In this document: positions 34,579 to 44,742 of the stretch, piece by piece
Layout: every line of letters begins with the position of its first letter
How positions within the stretch are numbered: the stretch's first letter is position 1
Origin: Candidatus Palauibacter sp.
GTDB taxonomy: Bacteria; Gemmatimonadota; Gemmatimonadetes; Palauibacterales; Palauibacteraceae
Length of the DNA stretch: 64,000 bases
Reading direction: 5' to 3'
Assembly: GCF_965208055.1 (NCBI RefSeq)
Contig: NZ_CBDBNY010000004.1
Coordinates: 389,706 to 453,705, forward strand
Program-made: the position numbers and the translations under genes
The notes under the pieces: model-generated
Seen by the model: only the letters and a program-made list of their open reading frames with translations
Database searches by the model: none
Told to the model about the DNA's origin: nothing

Positions 34579-34929
34579 CTACTCGTCGGATTCGGGACGG
34601 CGCCGCTGCCTCTTCGTGAGGGAGCGGCGCCGTTTCTGTTCCAGGCGCTTCTCGCGCGCGGCCCGCGTGGGTTTCGACGGGCGGCGCGGTGCGGGCGTGT
34701 ACTCGCGCTCCTTGAGGGCCGTTCGCAGGCGACCGAGGGCGCGGGAGCGGTTACGGTACTGGCTGCGGGATTCGCGCGCGGTCACGACGATGCCCGTGGG
34801 GCGGTGCGTGAGCCGGACGGCCGACTCGGTCTTGTTCTGGTGCTGGCCGCCCGGACCGCCGGCCCTGAACGTCTCGACGGAACACTCGGCGAGCAGTTCC
34901 TCGTCGCTGCGTGACTCCGCGCTACTCAC
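34579..34929 (-). CDS. arfB: Peptidyl-tRNA hydrolase ArfB (alternative ribosome-rescue factor B)
   Basis: It has a GGQ motif ([15 protein letters not shown]) and a basic C-terminal tail. GTG 34929 lies 5 nt after GGGAGGA and places GGQ at the same distance from the start as in E. coli ArfB. Confidence 0.85.
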   Translation of the reverse strand: MSSAESRSDEELLAECSVETFRAGGPGGQHQNKTESAVRLTHRPTGIVVTARESRSQYRNRSRALGRLRTALKEREYTPAPRRPSKPTRAAREKRLEQKRRRSLTKRQRRRPESDE

Positions 34930-35014
34930 GGTTTCCTCCCATCGGATCGCAGGCCGGTCCCCGCCGTCCCGGGGCACCGACACGAAGACCGGTCCATCAC
35001 CGTAACTTGTCCAC

Positions 35015-35584
35015 ATGAACGAGTCGACGCACAACTTCGAGACACAGCGGGACCTGGAGCGGGAGACGGCGGATCCGGCGGCCGTCGCCATCGCGGACGG
35101 AGTCCGTCACGGCCTGGACCCGCGCTCGATCCCGCTGCAGCGGGTCGTCGGCCGCATCGTCACGGCGTGCGTCTCCCTCGCGCTGGCGGCGGGCGTCGCC
35201 GTGGCGTGGGCCGCGGGCGGGCCGCCACCGGGCGTCGTGGCGGCGATCGTGAGCGGCTGGGCCGTCATCACCGGCGGGCTCGGCTGGTGGCTGCACCGCT
35301 GGGCGGCCCTCCATTACCGCTACGCGTCGTACACCGTCAACGAGGAGGACATCGAGATCCGGAGCGGGGTCGTGTGGCGGAAGGCGATCAGCGTACCGCG
35401 CTCCCGCGTCCAGCACACCGACGTGTCGCAGGGGCCGCTCGAGCGTCGCTACGGCCTCGGCACGCTGGGCATCTACACTGCGGGTACCGACTACGCCAAG
35501 GTTTCCGTCGACGGACTCGAGCATGAAACGGCGCTCCGAATTCGGGATCATCTCCTGCCGCCCGCGGGGGCCGATGCCGTCTGA
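35015..35584 (+). CDS. Membrane protein with a bacterial PH domain (YdbS-like)
   Basis: Two TM helices are followed by [46 protein letters not shown], a bPH_2 signature. Confidence 0.8.
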   Translation: MNESTHNFETQRDLERETADPAAVAIADGVRHGLDPRSIPLQRVVGRIVTACVSLALAAGVAVAWAAGGPPPGVVAAIVSGWAVITGGLGWWLHRWAALHYRYASYTVNEEDIEIRSGVVWRKAISVPRSRVQHTDVSQGPLERRYGLGTLGIYTAGTDYAKVSVDGLEHETALRIRDHLLPPAGADAV

Positions 35585-37214
35585 GCCGACCGGACTCGAT
35601 CGGGCCACCGAGCCTTCGGAGGCGTCCGATTCCTCCCGGGCGACCGAGCACCGGCTTCACCCGCTGTCGATCGGTTTCTCGCTAGCGGGCCAGGTCCGGC
35701 GCGCGATCCTCCCTTTGATCGTCGGAGGCGCGTCGGCCAACTTCCTGGGCGGCGTGGAGATGCGTTTCGTCCTCCTTATCGGGCTCATCCCGCTCGTCGT
35801 GGGGTCCGTCGTCCGCTATCTGACGTTCCGGTACCGGTACGAGGAGGCGGAACTCGTGATCCGGAGCGGACTCCTGTTTCGGCGCGAGCGGCACGTTCCC
35901 TACGCCCGGATCCAGAACCTCGACGCGGTGCAGGGCGTCTTCCATCGCGTGCTGGGGGTCGTCGAGGTGAAGCTCCAGACGGGCGGGGGACAGGAACCCG
36001 AGGCGACGCTGACCGTTCTGCCGCTGCCGGCCCTCGACGCGTTGCGACAGCGAGTCCGGGAAGGAAAGCGGGAGGCGGCCGGCGAGATGGCGGCGGCAGA
36101 GGAGGGGACGGCTGGGGAGGCGGCGACGGCCAGATCCGCCGAGCCGCCGGCGGATCTCACGCTGGCCGGTGCGGGAGAGGGTCGAACGCTGCTGCATCTT
36201 CCCGCGCGCGAACTCCTGCTCCACGGCCTGCTTCAGAACCGTGGCATGGTGCTGATCGCGGCCGCCTTCGGCATTGCGTGGGAAACGGGACTTTTCGAAC
36301 GGGCCTCCGACTGGGTCGCCGGGGAGCAGTCGTGGATCGGCCCGGCGGTCGAGGGCGCGGCCTCGGACGTGGTGGCAGCCGGCGTTCTGGCGACCGTGGC
36401 CGCCGTGGGAGCGCTGATCGCCGCCTTCGTGATCCTTGCGCGGGTGCTTTCCATCGCCTGGACGCTCGTACGCCTCCACGATTACCGCGTCGTGCGGTCA
36501 GAGGAGGGGCTGCGCGCCACGTTCGGCATGCTGACGCAGGTCGCCGCCACCATCCCGCTGCGCCGCGTGCAGACGGTGACCATCCACGAGGGACCGCTCC
36601 AGCGCTGGGCGGGCCGCGTCGCCGTCGGCGTCCAGACCGCCGGAGGAAGCCAGGGCGGGCAGCCCGGGAACGCGGACCCGCACCGGCACCGACTCGCGCC
36701 GATCCTGCGGCGGGAACGTCTGCGCGAGTTCCTCCGGGAGGTGATCCCCGAGCTGGACGCCCCCGAGGTCGGTTGGGAGCCCGTGTCTTCCCTCGCCTTC
36801 CGGCGCGTGGTGAGGGGGACATGCTTCGTCGCCACGCTCGCGTCGGTTCCGCTCTACTTCACGCTCGGCGCCTGGGGCGTGACCTTCCACGCCGCCTTTC
36901 TGGCCTGGGCCGTGTTCTACGCGCGGCGCTACGTCGACTGTCTCGGGTGGGCGCTGAAGGACGACATGATCTGGTTCCGAAGCGGCTGGCTGTGGCGGCG
37001 CACGACGATCGCCCGCTACACCCGCATCCAGGTCGTGGCGCTGCGCGCGTCGCCGCTCGACCGCTGGCGCGGCATGGCGCGCCTCCGGGTGGACACCGCG
37101 GGCGCGGGCGCCGCCTCCCACAAAGTCGACATCCCCTACCTGCCCGTGGACACCGCCCGGGATCTGCGGAAACACCTCGCCGCCGAAGCCGCCCGCACCG
37201 CCTTCCGCTGGTGA
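35574..37214 (+). CDS. Membrane protein with three bacterial PH-domain repeats (YdbT-like)
   Basis: Repeated R...VPYARIQNLD / LRRVQTVTIHEGPLQR / YTRIQVVALRASPLDR motifs are separated by TM segments. The gene overlaps the YdbS-like gene. Confidence 0.8.
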   Translation: MPSEPTGLDRATEPSEASDSSRATEHRLHPLSIGFSLAGQVRRAILPLIVGGASANFLGGVEMRFVLLIGLIPLVVGSVVRYLTFRYRYEEAELVIRSGLLFRRERHVPYARIQNLDAVQGVFHRVLGVVEVKLQTGGGQEPEATLTVLPLPALDALRQRVREGKREAAGEMAAAEEGTAGEAATARSAEPPADLTLAGAGEGRTLLHLPARELLLHGLLQNRGMVLIAAAFGIAWETGLFERASDWVAGEQSWIGPAVEGAASDVVAAGVLATVAAVGALIAAFVILARVLSIAWTLVRLHDYRVVRSEEGLRATFGMLTQVAATIPLRRVQTVTIHEGPLQRWAGRVAVGVQTAGGSQGGQPGNADPHRHRLAPILRRERLREFLREVIPELDAPEVGWEPVSSLAFRRVVRGTCFVATLASVPLYFTLGAWGVTFHAAFLAWAVFYARRYVDCLGWALKDDMIWFRSGWLWRRTTIARYTRIQVVALRASPLDRWRGMARLRVDTAGAGAASHKVDIPYLPVDTARDLRKHLAAEAARTAFRW

Positions 37215-37331
37215 CATCTTTCCGATACGCCCCCGTTGTCCGGCACATCGAAGCCGTGGGCGTCATGATCTACCAACGCCCTATCCCCTGAGCCGAGTCC
37301 GGCCGGCACTCCCACCAGCGCGGCGGCCCGA

Positions 37332-39557
37332 TCAGGGACCGTCCGTGTCGTCGCGAATCGCCTCGACGCGCCATGAGAACTCCTCTTCCAGCTTCGAGGT
37401 GTTGCCGGTCTTGACGAATCGCACGTAGCCGTTCCGGTCCACGAACCAGGTCGTCGGCCAGGCCGGTATCCCGGCCCGCCGGACGTAGCCGTCGTCCATC
37501 AGCACGTCGAAGTCGAAGGCGTTTCGCCTCAGATAGTCTTCCACCACATCGCGTGACGTGTCGTTGCTGATCGAGACCACACGGACATCGGGGTCGTTCC
37601 GGTAACGGAGGTCGAACTTCTGGTACTCGGGCATCTCGACGATGCACGGGCCGCACCAGGTCCCCCAGAAATGCACCACGGCGATCTTGCCCCCAAGGTC
37701 GGCAGAGTCGACCAGCGCACCGTCGAGCCTTGGGAGCCGGAAGGGCTCATACGTACCCGCGGCCTCGACCCGCGACTCCAGGATGCGTTGGCGCCGTCGG
37801 GTCTGGTCGCGTTCGCTGAGCGTGGCGAGGTATTCCTCGATCCCGCTGCGGTCGCCGTTGCGGCGCTCGTAGAGCACTTCGATCGCGGCCTGACTGGGGT
37901 TCTCCCCAATGCGCGTACTTCCGAGACCCGCGATGTAGGAATCTTCGGCCCGGTCCAGCCACTCGACGGCCGCCTCGGCGTCTCCGCTCTTCTCCATCTC
38001 GCGGGCGAAATGCTCATACACCTGCCCAAGGTGGTACCGGGTCTCCCGGTTTCGTCCTTCCAGCACCAGCGCACGCTCAAGGAGATGTTGCCCATCCGCC
38101 GCGCGCCCCGCCTTGAAGTAACCCCACCCCATGGCGTCATAGACGATGCTGAGGTAGTAGCGTACCTGCTCTTCCCACTCTCCTTCGGTATCGGCGGAGC
38201 TTCGTTGCATTTGAACGCGGTCGAGGGCGGCCTGGAGCCCGCGGTCTCGCGCGATCTCGGCCGCCTCGAGCGCATACGGGGTGGATTCGGCCATGGCCAG
38301 CAGGGCCGTACCGTACGTGATGTGCGGGTTCAGGCGGTCGTACCTGACAAGCCCGCGGACCGCCTCCGCGAGTTCCTCCTCCGGGACGGGCTTCATGTCT
38401 GCGAGCGCATGAACGAGGTCGGTATAGACGCGTTCTCGGTACCGATCCGTGTACAGCGGCCGTTCGAGATAGCGATAGACGGCATCGCGCACGACTTCAA
38501 GCTGAGCCACATACCTGGGAGAGTTTCGCCCCTCTTCACGACCGAGCCGGTAGAGTTCACTGCTCGCCGCACTGGGCTCCCGGCCATAGATCAACGTCGC
38601 GTGGCGGCTGCGCGGGGCACGCTCGACGATCCGCGCTTCCAATTCCATCGCTCGCGCTTCGTCGCCCATATCCCGATAGATGTCAGCCAGTCCGTACAGT
38701 CCCCGAACGGACTCCGGAGCGGTCTCCCGGAACGTGGCGATACCCGCCTCGACGGCTGCGCGTCGCTCGTCGACCGGAAGAACATCCGACAGGAAGAGAA
38801 TCCACCAGTGCCACTGCCGCACGTCCACCGAGCCCGGGGCGAGCGCCAGTGCCTGCTCGATGAGGGGCACAGCCTCCCGCGCCCGGTTGGCCCGGAACAG
38901 GTCCTCGGCTGGCCTGAGATAGCCGTCCACCTGACCGGGCCAACGCTCTCGCACCTCCGCGTATGTAGCCAGACTGGAGTCAGCCCAGGTCGGATCGTTC
39001 AGTTCGTACTGAGCCTGGGCCTCGATCTGCGCCTCCATGACCAGGATCTCCGGCGACTGGCGCGTCGCGGGGTCCAGAGAGGAGAGCACCTCGAAGAGGT
39101 GTTCCGCTCCACGGGACCGCAGCGATTCGAGGTACGCGGCTGCGACTCCGGGGTGCGGCAGGGCCTCCCATGCCCGTCGGGCAGGATCGATGGCCGGTTC
39201 ATATTCCATCTCGGCGATGTAGGCGAGAGCCCGGACGTAATGTCCCCAGGGATCGTCTCCATCGCGGGAGAGAATCGCGTCCGCCTGCTCGTGGATTTCC
39301 CTCGACAGCCGCCAGCCCGCGAGTTGCCGGGCGTAGAGCGCTCGCAGTTCGGCGTCGTGCGGCGCGCGGGCGACCCATTCCTCGCCGAACAGCCGACCGG
39401 CTTCGAACGTGCGGAGGCGCACATGGTCCAGTAGCTCGGCCTTCGCCGCTTCCAATTCTTCGGGCGTGTAGTCCGGGGGCGGGCCGCAACCCGCGAGGGC
39501 GGCGCAGATGAGGAGGATCCCGACCCGAAAGCCGGGTCCAACGGTGCGGAGCGTCAC
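37332..39557 (-). CDS. TPR-repeat lipoprotein with a C-terminal TlpA/ResA-like thioredoxin domain (paralogue 1)
   Basis: GTG follows GGAGGC. The lipobox is AALAGC and the C-terminal motif is HFWGTWCGPC. Confidence 0.85.
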   Translation of the reverse strand: MTLRTVGPGFRVGILLICAALAGCGPPPDYTPEELEAAKAELLDHVRLRTFEAGRLFGEEWVARAPHDAELRALYARQLAGWRLSREIHEQADAILSRDGDDPWGHYVRALAYIAEMEYEPAIDPARRAWEALPHPGVAAAYLESLRSRGAEHLFEVLSSLDPATRQSPEILVMEAQIEAQAQYELNDPTWADSSLATYAEVRERWPGQVDGYLRPAEDLFRANRAREAVPLIEQALALAPGSVDVRQWHWWILFLSDVLPVDERRAAVEAGIATFRETAPESVRGLYGLADIYRDMGDEARAMELEARIVERAPRSRHATLIYGREPSAASSELYRLGREEGRNSPRYVAQLEVVRDAVYRYLERPLYTDRYRERVYTDLVHALADMKPVPEEELAEAVRGLVRYDRLNPHITYGTALLAMAESTPYALEAAEIARDRGLQAALDRVQMQRSSADTEGEWEEQVRYYLSIVYDAMGWGYFKAGRAADGQHLLERALVLEGRNRETRYHLGQVYEHFAREMEKSGDAEAAVEWLDRAEDSYIAGLGSTRIGENPSQAAIEVLYERRNGDRSGIEEYLATLSERDQTRRRQRILESRVEAAGTYEPFRLPRLDGALVDSADLGGKIAVVHFWGTWCGPCIVEMPEYQKFDLRYRNDPDVRVVSISNDTSRDVVEDYLRRNAFDFDVLMDDGYVRRAGIPAWPTTWFVDRNGYVRFVKTGNTSKLEEEFSWRVEAIRDDTDGP

Positions 39558-39603
39558 GATGTGCCTCCGGGGTTCGTGGATCCTCGTCGCATGAGGCGAC
39601 CGG

Positions 39604-41841
39604 TCAGGGGCTGCCGGCCTCCTCGCGGAGGGCCTCGACGCGCCAGGAGAACTCCTCGTCCAGCTTCAGAGCGGTGCCGATCTTCACGAACTGGATGTAG
39701 CCCTCCCGGTCGACGAACCACGTGGTCGGCCAGGCGGACACGCCGGCGCGTTCGACGTAGTTGTCGTCGACCAGCACCGTGAAGTCGAAGTCGTTCTTCG
39801 CGAGGTATTCCTCGATGACGTCGTTCGTGCGATCGTTGCTGATCGAGAGGATCGCGACGTCGGCGTCATCGCGGTAGCGCTCGTCGAACTTCTGGTACTC
39901 GGGCATCTCGACGACGCACGGGCCGCACCACGTCCCCCAGAAGTGCAGCACCGCGATCTTCCCCTCGAGATCTGCCGAGTCGATCATCTCGCCGTCGAGC
40001 CGCGCAAGCGTGAACGGTTCATACGTCCCCGCCGCCTCGACCCGGGATTCGAGGATGCGGTCGCGCCGCCGGATCCGGTCCCGTTCGTCGAGTGTGGCGA
40101 GGTACTCCTCGATCCCCTCGCGGCTCCCGTTTCGGCTCTCGTAGAGCGCTTCGAGCGCCGCCTCGTTGGGGTTCGTACCCCGGCTGGCGCCGAATCCGGC
40201 GATATAGGAATCCTCGGCCTGATCCAGCCAGCGCGACGCTTCTTCCTCGTCCTGCCGCTCGGCTGCTTCGGCGGCCCGCTGCTCATACAGTTGTCCCATG
40301 TGGTAGAGGGCCGAGGGGTTCTCCCCCCACAGGACGAGTGCACGTTCGAGCGTGTGGCGCGCGTCTTCGCTTCGTCCCCCCTTGGCGAGGGCCCACCCCA
40401 TCGCGTCATAACCCTGGCTGAGTGCGGCGCGGATGGCTTGGTCGAACTCCCCTTCGGTATCGAAGAAACTCCGCGTTCCCCGGTAGTAATCGAGCGAAGC
40501 CTGAAATCCTTCGCGCGCAATCTCGGCGGCCTCGAGCGCGTAGGGCGTGTGCTCGGCCATGGCGAGTGGCGCCTGCAGATAGGTGATCCAGGGAGGCGTA
40601 CCCCTCGCGTTACCGACGAGGCCGCGGATCGCCTCGGCCAACTCCTCCGCCGGTACGGGGTCCATCTGCCGCAGGGCGTTGAAGAGATCGATGTATGCTC
40701 CGCCGGTGTACCTGTCGTTGTAGTGGGGACGATCGAGGAATTGGTGGACCGCATCGCGGACGACTTCGAGTTGAGCCCGGTATTCGGGCGAATCGCGGCC
40801 GTGAACCTCCAGAATCCGGCGTCGTTCCTCCTCCGCCGCGCGCTGCCTCCCGATGTAGACCAGGAGGGCGTGGCGGCTCTCCGGCTCCCGCTCGACGACC
40901 ATGGCCTCCAGTTCTTCCGCACGATCATCGTCTTCCAGGTCACGGTACATGCTCGCCATCGCGGAGAGACTGCGAAGGGATTCGGGCGCCGCGTCCAGAA
41001 ATTCCTCGATGCTGGCTTCCACGACGGGTCGGCGCTCGTCGGTGGGCAGCACATCCGACTCGAACAGAATCCACCAGTGCCACTGCCGGACGTCCACGGA
41101 GCTGGGCGCGAGCTCGATCGCCTGCTCGATCAGCGGCAGAGCTTCCTCCGGCCGATTGGCCCGGAAGAGAGCCTCGGCCGCGTGGAGATAGCCGTCGACA
41201 TGGTCCGGCCACCGGTCCCTCAGCTCCGAGTAGGTGGCGAGGCTCGAGTCTGCCCACGTCGGATCTTCGCGCTCGTACCGCGCCAGGTTCTCCAGTTCGG
41301 CCCGTGCGGCGAGCACCGCCGGCGAGCCCCCGATCTCCGTGTCCAAAGTCCCGAGGAACTCGAGTGCCGCATCGAAGTCATCGGCCCGCATGGCCCTGGC
41401 GTACGCGGCGGCAACCTCGGGGCGCGGAAGGGCCTCCCAGGCCCGGCGGGCGGGCTCGAGCGCGAGATCGGACTCGTACGCCGCAAGATGTCCCAGCGCC
41501 CGGATGTAAGAGCCCCAGGGGTTGTCGGGATCATCGTCGAGGAGGGCGTCCGCTTGCTCCAGTAGCTCCTTCGACAGCCGCCAGCCCGCGAGTTGCTCCG
41601 CGTAGAGGCCTCGGAGTTCCGCGTCGTCCGGAACGCGCTCGACCCACGCCTCCCCGAACAGCTTGCCGGCCTCGAAGGTGCGCAGCCTGGCGTGGTCCCG
41701 CAGCTGGGTCTTCGCCGCCTCGAGTTCTTCTGCCGTGTAGTCCGCCGGCGCGCTGCCACCTCCGCACGAGCCACAGACGAGAAGGATCCCGGTGAGAAGG
41801 CACCCGGCGCTCAAGCCGGAACGGTCGGAACGCGTCGACAT
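39604..41841 (-). CDS. TPR-repeat lipoprotein with a C-terminal TlpA/ResA-like thioredoxin domain (paralogue 2)
   Basis: ATG follows GGAGGTG. The lipobox is LLVCGSC and the C-terminal motif is HFWGTWCGPC. It is collinear with the neighbouring gene and similar to it along its full length. Confidence 0.85.
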   Translation of the reverse strand: MSTRSDRSGLSAGCLLTGILLVCGSCGGGSAPADYTAEELEAAKTQLRDHARLRTFEAGKLFGEAWVERVPDDAELRGLYAEQLAGWRLSKELLEQADALLDDDPDNPWGSYIRALGHLAAYESDLALEPARRAWEALPRPEVAAAYARAMRADDFDAALEFLGTLDTEIGGSPAVLAARAELENLARYEREDPTWADSSLATYSELRDRWPDHVDGYLHAAEALFRANRPEEALPLIEQAIELAPSSVDVRQWHWWILFESDVLPTDERRPVVEASIEEFLDAAPESLRSLSAMASMYRDLEDDDRAEELEAMVVEREPESRHALLVYIGRQRAAEEERRRILEVHGRDSPEYRAQLEVVRDAVHQFLDRPHYNDRYTGGAYIDLFNALRQMDPVPAEELAEAIRGLVGNARGTPPWITYLQAPLAMAEHTPYALEAAEIAREGFQASLDYYRGTRSFFDTEGEFDQAIRAALSQGYDAMGWALAKGGRSEDARHTLERALVLWGENPSALYHMGQLYEQRAAEAAERQDEEEASRWLDQAEDSYIAGFGASRGTNPNEAALEALYESRNGSREGIEEYLATLDERDRIRRRDRILESRVEAAGTYEPFTLARLDGEMIDSADLEGKIAVLHFWGTWCGPCVVEMPEYQKFDERYRDDADVAILSISNDRTNDVIEEYLAKNDFDFTVLVDDNYVERAGVSAWPTTWFVDREGYIQFVKIGTALKLDEEFSWRVEALREEAGSP

Positions 41842-41972
41842 CGCACACCTCCGGGGCAGGGAATCCCGGGCCTCGCACGCCCGGGCCACTCAACCTCTAC
41901 TGACGTCGGGATGAGAGAAAGGGTTTTCTCGCCAGTTGAGGTTACGTTGAGCCCGGGGCGGACATCCGTCGT

Positions 41973-43532
41973 ATGTTGCCTGCGATGATCGAGCCCCGCG
42001 CCCCTCACCCGGCATCCGTCCTCCGCGACGTCTTCGGCTACGACGAATTCCGGCCGGGACAGGCGCACATCATCGATTCGGTCCTGGCGGGACGCGACTG
42101 CATCGCCGTCATGCCCACCGGAGCGGGGAAGTCGCTCACCTTCCAGATCCCCGCGCGTCTCATGCCGGGAACCGTGCTCGTCCTCTCCCCGCTCATCAGC
42201 CTGATGAAGGATCAGGTCGACGCGCTCCGCGACGTCGGGTTCCGGGCCACGGCGATCAACTCCTCGCTCGCGCCCGGCGAGCGCCGGCGCCGGCTGCGGG
42301 GATTCGAGCGCGGGGACTACGAACTCGTCTACCTGGCTCCGGAAGCCCTGGGGCCGCACATGCGGGAACGCCTTCGTTACGCGCCGCTTTCCCTGATCGT
42401 CGTCGATGAGGCGCACTGCATTTCGCAATGGGGACACGACTTTCGTCCTTCCTACCGGGCGCTTCAGGGACTGCGCGCCGAGATTCGCGACGAGGGCGCG
42501 GGAGCGAACGGACTGCCGATCCTCGCGCTCACCGCCACCGCCACCCGCCGGGTCGCCGCCGACATCGTTCGACAGTTGGGCATGACGAAACCCGAGGGAT
42601 ACAAGGGTTCCTTCTTTCGCTCGAACCTCCGCGTGATCTGCCGAAAGAAAGGGGAGGGAAACACGCGGGCCGAGATCCTCGGGCTCATCCGCCGGCACAG
42701 GGGCGAGAGCGGGATCGTCTACTGTCTGTCTCGAAAGTCCGTGGAACAGATGGCCGAGTTTCTGCGGCGCGAGGGCGTCGATGCCGTCCCGTACCACGCG
42801 GGACTCGACGACGACGCGCGGGCCGAGCACCAGGATGCGTTCGCTCGCGACGAGGTCGACGTGGTCGTGGCGACGATCGCTTTCGGGATGGGGATCGACA
42901 AGTCGAACGTGCGCTTCGTCATCCACCGGGACATGCCGTCGGACATCGAGTCCTGGTACCAGGAGATCGGACGGGCGGGGCGGGACGGGCTCCCCAGCGA
43001 CTGCGTGCTCTTCTACTCGTGGGCGGATGTGAAGGTGCGCGAGCGGTTCCTCGCCGAGATCGACGATCCGACCGTGCGCGAGGCGAAACGCCGGGCGGCC
43101 GTCGACCTGTTCCGGCTCGCGGACCGCGAAGCGTGCCGCCACCGCGGCCTGCTCGCCTACTTCGGGGAGGACTTCGACGGGTGCGGCGAATCGTGCGACG
43201 TGTGCACGGGACTCGGCGTGACGGATATCGTGGACGTGCTTCCCGTCCTCAAGCGGAAGGCGCGCGCGGCGGACTCCCGGCGGCGGACCGCGGCGGCCGG
43301 GATCGGCCGGTCGCCGTCGGACCCCACCTTCGAGCGTCTCCGCATCCTGCGGAAGCAACTGGCGGACGCGCGTGGGGTCCCCGCCTACATCGTGTTCAGC
43401 GACCAGGTGCTGTGGGATCTCATCGACCTGCGTCCCGGCTCGCCCGAGGAGATGCTACGGGTGCCGGGCATCGGCCCCGCCAAGCTCGAGCAGTACGGCG
43501 AAGTGTTCCTGGCAGCGCTGCGCGAGATCTGA
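41973..43532 (+). CDS. recQ: ATP-dependent DNA helicase RecQ (short form with zinc-binding and HRDC regions)
   Basis: Motifs seen are FGYDEFRPGQ, MPTGAGKSL, VVDEAHCISQWGHDFRPSY and a Cys cluster CRHR...C..SCDVC, plus a C-terminal HRDC-like segment. Confidence 0.9.
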   Translation: MLPAMIEPRAPHPASVLRDVFGYDEFRPGQAHIIDSVLAGRDCIAVMPTGAGKSLTFQIPARLMPGTVLVLSPLISLMKDQVDALRDVGFRATAINSSLAPGERRRRLRGFERGDYELVYLAPEALGPHMRERLRYAPLSLIVVDEAHCISQWGHDFRPSYRALQGLRAEIRDEGAGANGLPILALTATATRRVAADIVRQLGMTKPEGYKGSFFRSNLRVICRKKGEGNTRAEILGLIRRHRGESGIVYCLSRKSVEQMAEFLRREGVDAVPYHAGLDDDARAEHQDAFARDEVDVVVATIAFGMGIDKSNVRFVIHRDMPSDIESWYQEIGRAGRDGLPSDCVLFYSWADVKVRERFLAEIDDPTVREAKRRAAVDLFRLADREACRHRGLLAYFGEDFDGCGESCDVCTGLGVTDIVDVLPVLKRKARAADSRRRTAAAGIGRSPSDPTFERLRILRKQLADARGVPAYIVFSDQVLWDLIDLRPGSPEEMLRVPGIGPAKLEQYGEVFLAALREI

Positions 43533-43534
43533 CC

Positions 43535-44623
43535 TCACGATTTCGTCCAGATCACGACGACCCCGCACCGCGACTCCAGCCCCGCGAACTCGGCCGGGAG
43601 TTCGGAGGGGCCCCGATACACTTCGACGCCCGCGATCTCGACCGGAATGACGAAATCGTTGATATTATCGGCGGGGCCGCGGGCGATCCGACCCCTGCGG
43701 ACGACGAGGCTGCCGTCGAGATAGACGTTCATCAGGCAGCCTTCACTCGAGGAAATGTCCGGTATCCGAGTATTGTACAGTTTGCAGCTGTTCAGTTGCG
43801 CTCCGCAGTTACGGAGGCGTATCCCCGGGATATCGGCGACCATGTGCGTGATCCGGCCGGGATTGCGGCGCTCGATGTCCTCCGCCGTGAAGAAGACGCC
43901 GCCGCTGACGAGTTCACCCCAGTATTTCCGCTCGTAGAAGCCCTTGGTCTCCAGTCGGCGAGCCCGCACAATCGTCGCCACCAGCGGCTCCATCGCCACA
44001 GGTTCGCGGACGAGACCGATCTCGATTTCCGTCGTGTGGCCGCGGGCCACGGCGATCGGATGTCGAAGCGGCGCATACCCGATGTGGCGCACGATAATCT
44101 CGCGCCGGCCGACGGGGACGCCGCTGAGGACGAAGCGGCCCCTCCGGTTGCTCGAGACCTCGCCGGGATCTCCGGCGATGGACACGGCCGCCGTGGCGAC
44201 GGGCTCATCCGTACCGGCGTCGCGGACATGCCCCACAAGCCTTCCCGTGCCCGTCTCGGACAGGAGAAGCCGAAGCTCCACGTCATGCGGCATCCCGGCC
44301 TCGAGGGCTACCACCAACTCCTCGCTGGACGCGTCTCCGAACTCGGCCCAGAGCGTGGCTTCCCCCGCGTCTCGTGGAGCGCAGATGAGCAGTCGGCCGT
44401 TGGGACCGGCGGCTTCGCGCACGGGTCGCCGCACCGCGTCCGTCCACCGCAACACGACGGTGGCCCCGGGTATCGAAATGAAACCGGACTCGTCCACGAC
44501 CGAGATCCGGAGGGCGGCCCGGTCGTCGCAGTCCTCCGCTGACTGGCCCGCGACCGTGTCGGTGCCGCCGATGACCTGCAGGGCGGCGAGCACTCCCGCC
44601 GCGACTCCTCGTCGGCAACTCAT
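43535..44623 (-). CDS. Secreted protein with carboxypeptidase-regulatory-like domains and a TonB-receptor Plug-like C-terminus but no beta-barrel
   Basis: ATG follows GGGAGAG. GRLVGHVRDAGTDEPVATAAVSI...RGRFVLSGVP is CarboxypepD_reg-like. The C-terminus is IAGVEVYRGPSELPAEFAG...GVVVIWTKS. Confidence 0.7.
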   Translation of the reverse strand: MSCRRGVAAGVLAALQVIGGTDTVAGQSAEDCDDRAALRISVVDESGFISIPGATVVLRWTDAVRRPVREAAGPNGRLLICAPRDAGEATLWAEFGDASSEELVVALEAGMPHDVELRLLLSETGTGRLVGHVRDAGTDEPVATAAVSIAGDPGEVSSNRRGRFVLSGVPVGRREIIVRHIGYAPLRHPIAVARGHTTEIEIGLVREPVAMEPLVATIVRARRLETKGFYERKYWGELVSGGVFFTAEDIERRNPGRITHMVADIPGIRLRNCGAQLNSCKLYNTRIPDISSSEGCLMNVYLDGSLVVRRGRIARGPADNINDFVIPVEIAGVEVYRGPSELPAEFAGLESRCGVVVIWTKS

Positions 44624-44742
44624 GGCACACTCTCCCGCAAGGTCGATAACAAGGTCCCGGTGTCGACGCAGCCCACGTAGATTCGGACGGTCCAACCACA
44701 AGACGCGGAATACCTCTTCCGCGTCACGAGGAGAACAACCTG

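Noticed and set aside
35014-35017. Apparent overlap of divergent start codons (CATG) for arfB and the YdbS-like gene.
   Set aside because: arfB more plausibly starts at GTG 34929. That site has a strong GGGAGGA RBS and places GGQ at the correct spacing. With that start, the overlap disappears.
41890-41972. Possible SOS (LexA) box or palindrome upstream of recQ (TCAACCT...AGTTGAGGTTA).
   Set aside because: The arms are imperfect. I do not know the LexA consensus for this lineage, and nothing else supports regulation here.
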